Of a stretch of 64,000 nt of DNA, positions 20,706 to 30,644 are shown one piece after another; position 1 is the first letter of the stretch; each line of letters starts with the position of its first letter. The notes beneath the pieces are model-generated. The model was not told the origin of the DNA. It did not search any database and saw only the letters and a list, made by a program, of their open reading frames with translations. The position numbers and the translations under genes were made by a program. The stretch comes from an uncultured Alphaproteobacteria bacterium (lineage in GTDB: Bacteria; Pseudomonadota; Alphaproteobacteria; Rhizobiales; Xanthobacteraceae): contig CAVRMY010000055.1 in the NCBI GenBank assembly GCA_963721935.1, positions 21,151 to 85,150 on the forward strand, written 5' to 3'.

Positions 20706-21701
20706 ATGCGACGCCGCGATTTCATCAAGGTGAGCACCGCCCTCGGCGCCGCCGCCCTTGCGCCGCTATCGAGGGCGAGCGCGCAGACCAGGGCGGTCTT
20801 CAAGGCATCCGACGTTCAACCTCCGGGATATCCGACGGTCGCTGCGACCGAGAACCTCGGCAAGAAACTTTCGGCCGCAACCGAGGGGCGGCTTTCGGTC
20901 CAGATGTACCCGTCGATGCAGCTCGGTGGTGAGAAGGAAACCATCGAGCAGACCCAGATCGGCGCCATTCAGTTGTTGCGCGTCAGCGCCGGAACGATGG
21001 GTCCGATCGTCGACGACATCAACGTCGTCAACATGCCCTTCCTGTTCAAGAACATAGCGCATTCCGAAAAGATGATGGACGGGCCGATCGGGCAGGAACT
21101 GCTCGACAAGATCACGGCGAGTCCCACCGCCAACCTGGTCGGGCTGTGCTGGATGAATTCCGGCGCGCGCAGCCTCTACAACTCCAAGCATCCGATCAAG
21201 TCGATCGAGGACGTCAAGGGATTGAAATTCCGCGTCATCGGCAATCCGATCTTCATCGAAATGATGAATGCGCTCGGCGGCAACGGTGTCGCGATGGGTT
21301 ACGATCAGGTGTTCAGCGCACTCCAGACCGGCGTGATCGACGGCGCCGAGAACAACCCGCCGAGCTACGTGTTCTCCAATCACTACACGGCAGCGAAGTA
21401 TTACTCCCTGACCGAGCACCTCGTGATACCCGAAGTGCTGGTATTTTCCAAACGAGCGTGGAGCGGCCTGTCTGCCGATGACCAGAATCTCATCAGGAAA
21501 TTTGCCCGCGAGGCGCAGTTCGAGGAGCGCGAACTCTGGAAGAAGTACGAGGAGCAGGCGATGGAAAAGGCAAAGGCGGCCGGTTGCCAGATCGTCGAGA
21601 TTGCCGACAAGAGCCCGTTCCAGAACGCCGTCAAACCGGTATGGGACAAATATGGCCCGAAATACCAGGACATGATCAAACGCATTCAGGCGTTGGCGTG
21701 A
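20706..21701 (+). CDS. dctP: TRAP transporter substrate-binding protein
   Basis: RRRDFIK Tat leader; YPSMQLG.E, DVKGLKFRV, ALQTGVIDGAENN. Confidence 0.93.
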   Translation: MRRRDFIKVSTALGAAALAPLSRASAQTRAVFKASDVQPPGYPTVAATENLGKKLSAATEGRLSVQMYPSMQLGGEKETIEQTQIGAIQLLRVSAGTMGPIVDDINVVNMPFLFKNIAHSEKMMDGPIGQELLDKITASPTANLVGLCWMNSGARSLYNSKHPIKSIEDVKGLKFRVIGNPIFIEMMNALGGNGVAMGYDQVFSALQTGVIDGAENNPPSYVFSNHYTAAKYYSLTEHLVIPEVLVFSKRAWSGLSADDQNLIRKFAREAQFEERELWKKYEEQAMEKAKAAGCQIVEIADKSPFQNAVKPVWDKYGPKYQDMIKRIQALA

Positions 21702-21727
21702 GGCCGCGCTTTATGGTTCTGATCTTC

Positions 21728-21916
21728 CGCCATTGCCACCAAAAGCGAAGCAATTCATTATCGACCGAGAAGTATGGATTGCTTCGTCGCTCGCGCTCCT
21801 CGCAATGATGGTCAACGGGACCTAGGCAACGGGCAGCGTCATTGCGAGCGAAGCGAAGCAATCCAGAAGTAACACCGTGCCAGATTGCGTCGTCGCTCAG
21901 GCTCCTCGCAGTGACG
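21728..21916. repeat. Two tandem REP-like palindromes (copies 3 and 4) between dctP and dctQ
   Basis: 21728-21810 and 21837-21916 share GAAGCAAT(C/T)CA...GATTGC...CTCCTCGCA with the 2240 copy. Confidence 0.8.
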
Positions 21917-21938
21917 ATCATCGAAGGGGACCCAGGCA

Positions 21939-22454
21939 ATGGCAGCAGCGTTTCGCCGCGCGATGGATGTTCTGTATTTGCTGTGCGTGATCGTCGGGTC
22001 CGTCGCGCTGGTGTCGATTTCCGCGGTCATTCCATGGGCGGTGTTCACTCGCTACGTGCTCAACAGCGCGGCGTCGTGGCCCGAGCCGCTGGCGGTTCTC
22101 CTGACGATCGTGCTGACCTTCATCGGGGCCGCTGCCGCCTACCGCCTCAACCTCCACATGAACGTCGCCTATTTCGCCAACCAGTTGCCGGCGAGATTTC
22201 ACAAACCGCTCGATCTCTTCGTACAGTTTTTGATGGCGCTGATCGCATTGTTCATGATCGTGTGGGGCGAGCGGCTGGTCGAAGTGACCTGGCACAACAC
22301 GATTGCCGACTTCCCCTTCCTTTCGGTGGGCGTCACCTATCTGCCAATCCCCGTGGGCGGAGGTTGTCTGCTGCTTTTCATCATCGAACGGGTTTTTCTC
22401 GGCGCGCCGCCCGACCCGATCCTTCGGCACGGCGAAGCCGCTCCGTTCGAGTGA
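21939..22454 (+). CDS. dctQ: TRAP transporter small permease
   Basis: VFTRYVLN...WPEPLA, four TM segments, between dctP and dctM. Confidence 0.9.
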   Translation: MAAAFRRAMDVLYLLCVIVGSVALVSISAVIPWAVFTRYVLNSAASWPEPLAVLLTIVLTFIGAAAAYRLNLHMNVAYFANQLPARFHKPLDLFVQFLMALIALFMIVWGERLVEVTWHNTIADFPFLSVGVTYLPIPVGGGCLLLFIIERVFLGAPPDPILRHGEAAPFE

Positions 22455-22471
22455 TCGGAAAGAAGATCGAC

Positions 22472-23761
22472 ATGGATATCTTCGTTCTGCTTGCCACCAT
22501 GCTGTTCTGCTTTGTCATTGGCATGCCGATCGCCTATTCGCTGGCGTTTGCGGCAATCGCGGGCGCCTGGTCGATCGGCATTCCCCTGGAAGCCGTCATG
22601 CTCAAGATCTCCGACGGCGTCAGCAAGGTGGCGATGCTGACGATCCCGTTTTTCGTGCTGGCCGGCGCGATCATGGCCGAAGGCGGCATGGCGCGACGGC
22701 TCGTCGCATTCGCGGATGTGCTGGTCGGATTTACCCGCGTTCGCGGCGGACTTTCGATCGTCAACGTGCTCGCCACCACCTTTCTCAGCGGCATCTCCGG
22801 CTCGGCGGTGGCCGACACCTCCGCGATCGGCTCGGTGATGATCCCGCAGATGGAGAAAACCGGATTCCCGCGCGTCTTCGCCACCAACCTCACCATCACC
22901 TCCTCGGTCCAGGCGCTGCTGGTGCCGCCGAGCCACAATGCGGTGCTGTATTCGCTCGCAACCGGCGGCACGATCTCCATCAGCGCATTGTTCATGGCAG
23001 GCGTGTTTCCCGGACTTCTGCTCGGCTTCTCGCTGATCATTCTCTGCCTTGTCTTCGCCTATCGCGACAAGCACCCGCACGGCGTGACCGTGCCGGCCAA
23101 AGACGCGGTGCGGATCACGATCGATGCCGCCTGGGGGCTGGTCACGCTCGTCATCATTCTCGGCGGTATTCTCGGCGGCATTTTTACCGCGATCGAGGCC
23201 GGCGCGGTGGCCTGCGTCTGGGCGTTCTTCGTGACGATGTTCATCTATCGCGACTATCGCTGGCGCGATTTGCCCATCCTGTTGCACCGGACGCTGCGCA
23301 CGGTGGCGATGGTGCTGACGCTAATCGCCTGTGCCTCCAGTGTCGGCTACGTGATGGCGCTGACGCAGATGCCGGCGAAGATGACCGCGTTCTTCCTGTC
23401 GATCTCGAGCAACAAATACGTCATCCTGTTCCTGATCAACATCCTGCTGCTGATCCTTGGCACGCTGGTGGACATGGCGCCCTCGATCCTGATCGCGACG
23501 CCGATTCTGTTGCCGGTGATGCAGAATTTTGGCGTCGATCCCGTTCACTTCGGGATGATCATGCTGCTCAATCTCGGCATCGGCCTCTGCCATCCGCCGG
23601 TTGGAGCCATCCTGTTCGTGGGCTGCGCGGTCGGCAAGGTTACGATCGAACAGGTGATGCGCAAGATCTGGCCGTTCTATGCCGTGATGTTTGTGGTGCT
23701 GATGTTCGTCACCTACCTCCCGGAAGTTTCGCTCTGGCTGCCGCGGCACGTGCTGCGTTGA
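22472..23761 (+). CDS. dctM: TRAP transporter large permease
   Basis: TIPFFVLAG.IM, SGISGSAVAD, LVPPS, FTAIEAG, CHPPVG; true start MDIF at 22472. Confidence 0.93.
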   Translation: MDIFVLLATMLFCFVIGMPIAYSLAFAAIAGAWSIGIPLEAVMLKISDGVSKVAMLTIPFFVLAGAIMAEGGMARRLVAFADVLVGFTRVRGGLSIVNVLATTFLSGISGSAVADTSAIGSVMIPQMEKTGFPRVFATNLTITSSVQALLVPPSHNAVLYSLATGGTISISALFMAGVFPGLLLGFSLIILCLVFAYRDKHPHGVTVPAKDAVRITIDAAWGLVTLVIILGGILGGIFTAIEAGAVACVWAFFVTMFIYRDYRWRDLPILLHRTLRTVAMVLTLIACASSVGYVMALTQMPAKMTAFFLSISSNKYVILFLINILLLILGTLVDMAPSILIATPILLPVMQNFGVDPVHFGMIMLLNLGIGLCHPPVGAILFVGCAVGKVTIEQVMRKIWPFYAVMFVVLMFVTYLPEVSLWLPRHVLR

Positions 23762-24025
23762 GATTGTCATTGCGTCGCGCCAGCACTTGATCAATCGCGG
23801 CCAAATTGCGGCGGCAACGCAATCGCGCCTGCCGTCTTTGTAACCACAAGCGGTATTTACTGACTGCGATCGGCACGACGGCTGTGACATCGGGGAGACA
23901 GTCGCCGTCTAAACGCCGCGCAAAGTCGAATGATGCCGATTTTGCGTGGACGAACAACGCACCTGTTCAGCATGATGGATTCTCCGGTGTGCAGAGCTTC
24001 CACAGCTATCGGGGGGTATCGGCAT

Positions 24026-25099
24026 ATGCAGCGCCTGGGATTTTTTCAGCATCTGTTTCGCGTCGGGACACTTGCCGCGCTGCTGGCGGCTTCGACCCTG
24101 GCGGCTCGCGCCGACGAGGGCGGCGTCAGCTTCTGGATCCCGGGATTTTTCGGCAGCCTCGCGGCCGTTCCTTCACAGGCGCCAGGCTGGTCGGTAACCG
24201 AAATCTTCTACCACGACTCGGTTTCCGCCAGCGGCAACGTGGCGCTCGCGAGGGCGGCCCAGATAGGCCAAATACCCGTCAATCTCACCGCGACGGTGAA
24301 CGCCAGCGTCAATGCCAACGTCAACCTGGGCTTCGTCGCGGCAACGTATGTCTTTGCAACGCCGGTGCTGGGCGGTCAGGCATCTGCAAGCATGTTGGCA
24401 GCCTACGGCAATAATTCCACATCGCTGGCGGGATCGTTCACGGGAACGGTGACGGGACCGGGCGGTGGCACAGTTCCCTTCTCGCTCTCCGACAACATCA
24501 ACAGCTCGCTGACGGCTTTCGGCGACCTGGTTCCTCAGTTTGCGCTGAAGTGGAATTCAGGCGTCAACAACTACATGACCTATGTGACCGCGGATCTTCC
24601 CGCCGGGGCCTACCAGTCGTCCCGTCTTGCGAATTTGGGAATCGGGCACTGGGCGATCGACGCCGGTGGCGGCTATACCTATTTCGACCCCAAGACCGGG
24701 CACGAATTTTCCGCGGTGCTCGGATTCACATACAACTTCATCAATCCCGCGACCCAGTATCAGAACGGCGTCGACATGCACCTCGACTGGGGCGCATCGC
24801 AATTCCTGACCAAGCAGTGGCAGGTCGGCCTGGTGGGTTACCTCTATCAGGAGATCGGCTGCGACAGCGGCTCCGGCGATCGCGTCGGCTGCTTCCAGTC
24901 CCGGGTGCTCGGCGTCGGTCCGCAGGTCGGCTACATTTTTCCGATCGGCGACAAATGGCAGGGCTATCTCAATCTGAAAGGCTATGGCGAATTCGACGCG
25001 GCAAATCGGCCCTCGGGCTGGAACGTCTGGTTGACATTCAACCTTTCGCCCGCAGCAGCAACCCCGTCTGCGCCCTCAAGGCCCATGTACACGAAATAG
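24026..25099 (+). CDS. SphA / phenol-degradation MetA-pathway family outer-membrane protein
   Basis: Signal peptide then DEGGVSFWIPG, FGDL, NLGIGHWAIDAGGGYTY, YQNGVDMHLDWG. Confidence 0.8.
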   Translation: MQRLGFFQHLFRVGTLAALLAASTLAARADEGGVSFWIPGFFGSLAAVPSQAPGWSVTEIFYHDSVSASGNVALARAAQIGQIPVNLTATVNASVNANVNLGFVAATYVFATPVLGGQASASMLAAYGNNSTSLAGSFTGTVTGPGGGTVPFSLSDNINSSLTAFGDLVPQFALKWNSGVNNYMTYVTADLPAGAYQSSRLANLGIGHWAIDAGGGYTYFDPKTGHEFSAVLGFTYNFINPATQYQNGVDMHLDWGASQFLTKQWQVGLVGYLYQEIGCDSGSGDRVGCFQSRVLGVGPQVGYIFPIGDKWQGYLNLKGYGEFDAANRPSGWNVWLTFNLSPAAATPSAPSRPMYTK

Positions 25100-25144
25100 C
25101 GGCGCTGGCACCGCGATAGCTGTCGTCGCGCCTCCATTTCCGCT

Positions 25145-26573
25145 CTAGAAAATGAAACGAAGACCGACGGTCGGGCCGATGTTCTGGAAGTTGAGATATC
25201 CGCTGGCAAGGCCCCCCGAAACTCTCGACCACATCACGCCGGCATAGGCGTCGAATCGTTTGGTGATGCGGTAGTCGATCATGGCGGAAGCCGCATCCAG
25301 CGTGCCCGCACAACTCGAAGCCGAGAGCCCGTCATTGGTACAGGTGCCTGTATTATAGTTGTTCTGCCAATAGTGATAGACCGCGCCTGCTAGATCCAGA
25401 TCGTCGCGAACCGCAACCCTCACACCCAACCAGGAGACGCGCAGGATCTTGGCGATGTCATAGTCGGTGGTCTTTACCGCACCCGGAAGCACGGTATATC
25501 CGCCCAGGGTGGTAAAGCCCTGCGGATAGGTATCGCTGGGGTTCTGAAACTGGATCACCTCGAAACCGCCGTAGAAAGTGACCGTCCGGTAGTGATAACG
25601 CAGCATGATGACGCCGCTGGTGTTGTTGGAAAGCGACGCTTTCAGATTGTCGATGGAAACGCCGGCGGGGAGCGGCGAGACGGCATAGTTCGACAGCGAC
25701 ACCGCATCCCTCACCTTGCTCGCTACCACGTCGAACGAAAATCCTCCGAAGTCGCCTCCGAACTGCCCTTCGACCGCGCCGTTGGATCCGTTGCCCTGAC
25801 TGTAGCCGCCGAACTGGTAAAGCGCGGCCAGCCGAAATCCGCCGATGCCTTTTGAATACTGGACTGACGTTGCATAGCGCGCGTCCTCCGTGTCGCCGGA
25901 GCCGCCCGCCGTGTTGGAAGCTCCGATCACGGAGAATGCGGGCGCAGAGGCCATGGCGTCGTAACGGCCCAGCCCATCCAGAATGAGTGAGTTCTTGCCG
26001 GCCAGCGGTAATCGTCCCCCATACCGGGTTGGCAAAGCCTCCGTAGGCAACCGTGTTGAAGATTTGTCCTGCGCGGCTTGAATCGCCGTTTGCGCTCTGA
26101 ACATCGAGCGGGTTGGTGTTGTTCTGCACCAGCGACTTCGGTCCGTTGGCAAGTTGCAGGCTGTAGGGATCAAATCCGGTCTGCAGGTTGAACAAGAAGG
26201 ACCAATCGCCGCCGATCGGCTCGATTCCCTTGATGCCGATGTGGGACTGACCGAGCCCGTTGGGGAGCAATGTGTAGCGCGCGCCATTGCTGTTCTTCGA
26301 GATCAGTTCTTCCACGCCATTAGGGTAATAAGCGTTGAAGGGCACGCCATGGGTTTGGTAACCCCCGCCCGTATCGATGGCCCCATAGAGATTGATGCCG
26401 TTCCAGGTCAGCGGGCATTCGACAGGGCTCGCCTCGAAATAGCTGATGGGACTGGCAAAGCAGGATGGCGCCGGCGACGCCGGCGCGGGTGCTTTCACCG
26501 GCAGGTCCGCAGCCCGCGCGCCCACGACTATCGACCCCAGGAGGCCACAAGCCAGCAATAACCTGGAATGCAC
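25145..26573 (-). pseudogene. Porin gene with a +1 frameshift near 25995
   Basis: N-terminal half (ADLPVKAP...GTITAGRQ) and C-terminal half (NSLILDG...GLRFIF) are in different frames; CGGCAAGAAC has one extra base; the 1429-nt span equals 3n+1. Confidence 0.85.
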
Positions 26574-26877
26574 GACTTTTTCCAATGCACCCGGTCTCCG
26601 TCGGGCCAAGGCTATCGTGATGTATACAATTTTCCCGCACCGATGCCCGATTCAAAACCGTTTTCGGGTAAATTTCGTCGTGTAGTGTTGCCCGAAAAGC
26701 AATGATGGCAGCGTCAATGGAGCCACGCGCGACAGTTGGAGTGGCGCGATGCTTTCCTCGCCCCGGCCGCACACGCCATCAAGCGTTTCCTCGACGTAAA
26801 AAAATACCAGGAAGGCTTCCTCTCGCGGAAATCTGGCGCATAGTGGACGAAAATAGCCCGGAATTTAAGGACGACGA

Positions 26878-28593
26878 ATGCAGGTCATAACGACCGATGT
26901 TGCTGTAATCGGAGGAGGTGCGGCAGGCTGCTATGCTGCGCTCAACCTGAACAAACAGGGCATCAAGCCTTTGATCATCTGCAAGGGTTTGGTCGGCAAG
27001 AGCGGGGCGTCGCTGTTTGCAGGCAATCTCGTGATCTCCGGCCGCGCGCTCGGCAACAGCGACGAGAATGCCCGCAACACAGCCGAGTTCCTGATCAAGT
27101 ACCATAATCAATTCCTGATCGATCAGGATTGGGCACAGCGGTGCGGCCAGTGGCTCGAGAAGGTTTACTATCCGGAACTGGAGGAAGCCGGCCTTTACAT
27201 TCGCCGTGATGATTGCGGCGAGATCGTCACGAGCCCAGGGAAGATCCGCAGCATCGCCGCCAATGTTCAGGGCAGTTCGGGCGTTCCCTTCATGGACCTG
27301 CGCCGCAAACAGGTCATCAAGGCGGGCATCGCGCGAATGGAGGAGACAGTCGCCACTGCACTCCTGAGCAATCCGGATGGGTCGGTCGGAGGGGTTTTCT
27401 GCCTGAACTGCATCACGGGCGAATATACGGCCGTGATGGCGCGCGCCGTCATTCTGGCGACCGGCTACTCGGATCGCCTGCATACCCGCTCCACCGGCAC
27501 AAGGGAAATGTCGGGGGACGGCATTGCGATGGCCTGGCGGCTGGGTGCCACCCTGCTTAACATGGAAATGCAGTGGTGGCACACCAATGACCTGGCGCAC
27601 CCGCCGAGCTGGCAGCGAATGCAGATCTATCCGAACCCGATGCTGGGCTCGGAAAAGTCGGCGCGAATGCTCAATTCGGCGGGCGAGGAGTTTTTCAACC
27701 AGCAGCAGGACGATCCACTGGCCTTCGGCCCCTACACGGTGCAATTGAAAGCATTGGTCAAACAGGTTCGTGCCGGCAGGGCGCGTTACGAAGGCGGCTA
27801 CTACGCAGGCTTCGACAAGTGCGATGCGGCGGAAGTGGAGAAATACACAACCTATGGCAAGACGTTCCGGCAGCTCGGCCTGCCTTTTCCTGCACACATG
27901 GCCGAGACGGCGGTTTCGTCGCACTATCGGCAAGGCGGCATCGATGTCGACACCAACACCATGCGCTCGTCGATTCCCGGACTTTACGCGGCGGGCGGTG
28001 TCGGCGGCCACAGCAACGGTCTGATCGGGCTTGCAACCTATGACGGCCGAACGGTCGCCGAGAGCGTCGCGCGGGATATCGCTGACATCAAGGCCGCATC
28101 GGTGCCGCAGCAGCAAATGGAGGCGGAATGCAGCAGGCTCGACCGTCTGCGCAGTTCGTCCGGCGACGGGCCTGCGCCCGGGAAACTCAAGGAAGAGCTT
28201 CGGGCTGTGATGTGGAAGAAGGTCGGGGTCGAGAAAAACGCCTCCGACCTGCGATCGGCGCTTGACGACATTGATCGGATTCGCGTCGAGCTATTGCCCG
28301 GGATGAAGATCGCAAACACCGCAAAATCGGCCAACTACGAGTGGCTCGACGCGATCGACCTGATGAACATGGTCGACGTTTGCGAGCTTGTCATCCACTC
28401 CTCGCTCGAGCGCAAGGAGAGCCGTGGGCCATTCATTCGGCAGGATTTCCCGCTTACCGATAACGACAGCTGGCTCGCTGCCAATGTTCTGAAGAAATCC
28501 GGCAACGGCCTGCGATTTGAGAAGCGGCCTTATAGCCTGCCGCTGTTCACGCCGGGCTTTTCCAGCAAGGACAACCTCGAGGTCGCCTGGTGA
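26878..28593 (+). CDS. SdhA/FrdA/TfrA-family FAD-dependent oxidoreductase, substrate unknown
   Basis: DVAVIGGGAAG, VILATG, SGDGIAMAWRLGA, HYRQGGI, PGLYAAG, C-terminal RKESRG. Confidence 0.88.
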   Translation: MQVITTDVAVIGGGAAGCYAALNLNKQGIKPLIICKGLVGKSGASLFAGNLVISGRALGNSDENARNTAEFLIKYHNQFLIDQDWAQRCGQWLEKVYYPELEEAGLYIRRDDCGEIVTSPGKIRSIAANVQGSSGVPFMDLRRKQVIKAGIARMEETVATALLSNPDGSVGGVFCLNCITGEYTAVMARAVILATGYSDRLHTRSTGTREMSGDGIAMAWRLGATLLNMEMQWWHTNDLAHPPSWQRMQIYPNPMLGSEKSARMLNSAGEEFFNQQQDDPLAFGPYTVQLKALVKQVRAGRARYEGGYYAGFDKCDAAEVEKYTTYGKTFRQLGLPFPAHMAETAVSSHYRQGGIDVDTNTMRSSIPGLYAAGGVGGHSNGLIGLATYDGRTVAESVARDIADIKAASVPQQQMEAECSRLDRLRSSSGDGPAPGKLKEELRAVMWKKVGVEKNASDLRSALDDIDRIRVELLPGMKIANTAKSANYEWLDAIDLMNMVDVCELVIHSSLERKESRGPFIRQDFPLTDNDSWLAANVLKKSGNGLRFEKRPYSLPLFTPGFSSKDNLEVAW

Positions 28594-29630
28594 TGTCGGT
28601 TTTTCCCGGCGACGCTGAAGCGCCCGCATCTGCACTCGACGGCCGCCGGCTGGGGCAGACCGAACGGCATGACACCCTGGCCGCGCGCAATTCCCGCCTG
28701 ACACAAGGCGATCTGCTCTCGGTCAAGGTCCGCCGGTCCGAGGTCTCGGCCGGCGATGACGCCTGCCAGGAGTTTCAGGTGCCTTACCAGAAATGGATGC
28801 GCCTCCTGGACGCGCTGAACTGGATTGCCGAGAATGCGGCGAGCGATCTCGCCTTTCGATGGTTCTGCGGATCGAAAATGTGCGGAACCTGCGCGGTGCG
28901 AATGAACGGCCGCGAGGTGCTAGCGTGCTGGGAAGCGGTCGAGCCGGACATGGTCATCGAGCCGCTGCGCAACCTGCCCGTCATTCGGGATCTCGTCGTC
29001 GATCGCACCCGTTACGAAGAAAAGGTCGCAAGCCTCGAGCCATGGATCGAGCGCCATCAGCCTTACGCCGGACTCCCCGAGCCGCTGACCCACAAGCAGA
29101 TGAAGGACGCCTCCAAGGCGCTCGACTGCATCAGTTGCATGTGCTGTTACTCGGCGTGTCCGGTGATCGGACTTGGAAACCTGACCGATTTCGCCGGCCC
29201 CGCGCCGCTGGTTCAATTGGGCCAGACGGCTCTCGATCCGCGCAACAGTCCGGACAAAGTCAGGCGATCGCTCGAACTGACAGGGATATTCAACTGCGTG
29301 TCCTGTTACAAATGCGAGGAGGTCTGCCCGGCTAGCATTCCGATCGTCAGCCGGGTGATCGAGCCGCTAAAGGCAAAAGCGGCCCAGCTTGTTCCCGAAA
29401 TGGCCGCCCATTCATTCGCCTTGCGCGAGGTCGTTGCCCGCCGCGGCCGGGTCGATCCCGGCGAACTGATCCTGAGGGTTCAGGGCTTGCGGAGCCTGCG
29501 CAATCTACGGCGCATATTTCGGCTATTCATCCGCGGCAAGATCAAGCCGGTCAGGACACTGCTCGGCCTGAAGACCAGCGCCGCCGGCGCCGCCAGCCGC
29601 ATTCTGGGCAATGAGGCGGACAAGCCATGA
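28590..29630 (+). CDS. SdhB/FrdB-like iron-sulfur protein with a C-terminal extension
   Basis: CGSKMCGTC...C (2Fe-2S), CISCMCCYSACP and CVSCYKCEEVCP (two 4Fe-4S motifs). Confidence 0.9.
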   Translation: MMSVFPGDAEAPASALDGRRLGQTERHDTLAARNSRLTQGDLLSVKVRRSEVSAGDDACQEFQVPYQKWMRLLDALNWIAENAASDLAFRWFCGSKMCGTCAVRMNGREVLACWEAVEPDMVIEPLRNLPVIRDLVVDRTRYEEKVASLEPWIERHQPYAGLPEPLTHKQMKDASKALDCISCMCCYSACPVIGLGNLTDFAGPAPLVQLGQTALDPRNSPDKVRRSLELTGIFNCVSCYKCEEVCPASIPIVSRVIEPLKAKAAQLVPEMAAHSFALREVVARRGRVDPGELILRVQGLRSLRNLRRIFRLFIRGKIKPVRTLLGLKTSAAGAASRILGNEADKP

Positions 29631-30520
29631 AATTTGCCTACTACCCGGGTTGTTCTGCGCGCAGCACCTGCGCCGAACTCAACGATGCGACCCACCTTGT
29701 GGCGGAAAAGCTCGGGCTCGACCTGTTGCAACTGGAACAGGCCACCTGCACCGGGGCGCGCGAATTGCGGGCGATCGATCCGGCCGGTTTCTATGTCCTC
29801 AACGTCCGCATTCTGGCCCTGGCCGAAAGCCATGGCCTGCCCTTGATGACGATCTGCAATACCTGCACACTCAACGTGCTGGATGCGCATGCAGCCTTTG
29901 TCAGCGATCCGGAACTGGCCGAATCTGTGAATGCAAGGCTCGCCGAAGAAAACCTGCATTACAGCGGACGCACGAAGATCAGTCATTTTCTGTGGGTCTT
30001 GCACGAGGATATCGGCGAGCAGCGGCTGCGCCGGCAGGTGGTCAATCCGCTCTCCGGTCTGACGGTCGCAGCCTTCTACGGTTGCCACATCACCCGTCCG
30101 CCAGCACGTTACGGGTTTGTCGATTCCCGGAATAACCGTGCGCTGGAGCGGCTTGCCGAAATCCTTGGCTGCCAGCCTATTGAGTATAGCGGTCGCACCG
30201 AATGCTGCGGATTCCATACCGCCGCTCACGACGAGAGGGTTGCGATCAAATTGACCGGACAACACGTCCTGGCGGCGAAGGCTGCAGGCGCGGCGACCAT
30301 GGTCACGCCCTGCCCGCTTTGTCACACCGTGCTCGACAGTTTTCAGGCTGAAATGGAAAAGGACATCGATCGGAAGCTCGAGATGCCGGTTTTGCACCTT
30401 CCGCAGCTCGTGGGCCTCGCGCTCGGGTTGTCGCCCGAACAATTGAAGATCGACCGGCACATGGTGCCGGCGGGTGGGCTTGATGGCTATGCCGCACCTC
30501 CCGCAAGTGTGCCCGACTGA
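29627..30520 (+). CDS. CCG-domain protein (HdrB/SdhE-like)
   Basis: YYPGC...TCTG...TICNTC and FYGC...ECCG...TPCPLC. Confidence 0.9.
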   Translation: MKFAYYPGCSARSTCAELNDATHLVAEKLGLDLLQLEQATCTGARELRAIDPAGFYVLNVRILALAESHGLPLMTICNTCTLNVLDAHAAFVSDPELAESVNARLAEENLHYSGRTKISHFLWVLHEDIGEQRLRRQVVNPLSGLTVAAFYGCHITRPPARYGFVDSRNNRALERLAEILGCQPIEYSGRTECCGFHTAAHDERVAIKLTGQHVLAAKAAGAATMVTPCPLCHTVLDSFQAEMEKDIDRKLEMPVLHLPQLVGLALGLSPEQLKIDRHMVPAGGLDGYAAPPASVPD

Positions 30521-30644
30521 ATGTACGCGGCCCAATTCTGTCCTGGAGTCGTTGCCGACGGGTCTTTGCTCTTGCATGGACGTGCTGAAGATCGGAAGCT
30601 ATCGAAGCGGATTTTTGGGTTAACGCCATGGATCGCGGTCGACC

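Noticed and set aside
21842-22471. Apparent long N-terminal extension of dctM
   Set aside because: An open alternative frame over a repeat and dctQ; the real start is 22472.
25105-25122. TGGCAC-N5-TAGC sigma54-like motif
   Set aside because: Lies between convergent 3' ends with no gene to drive.
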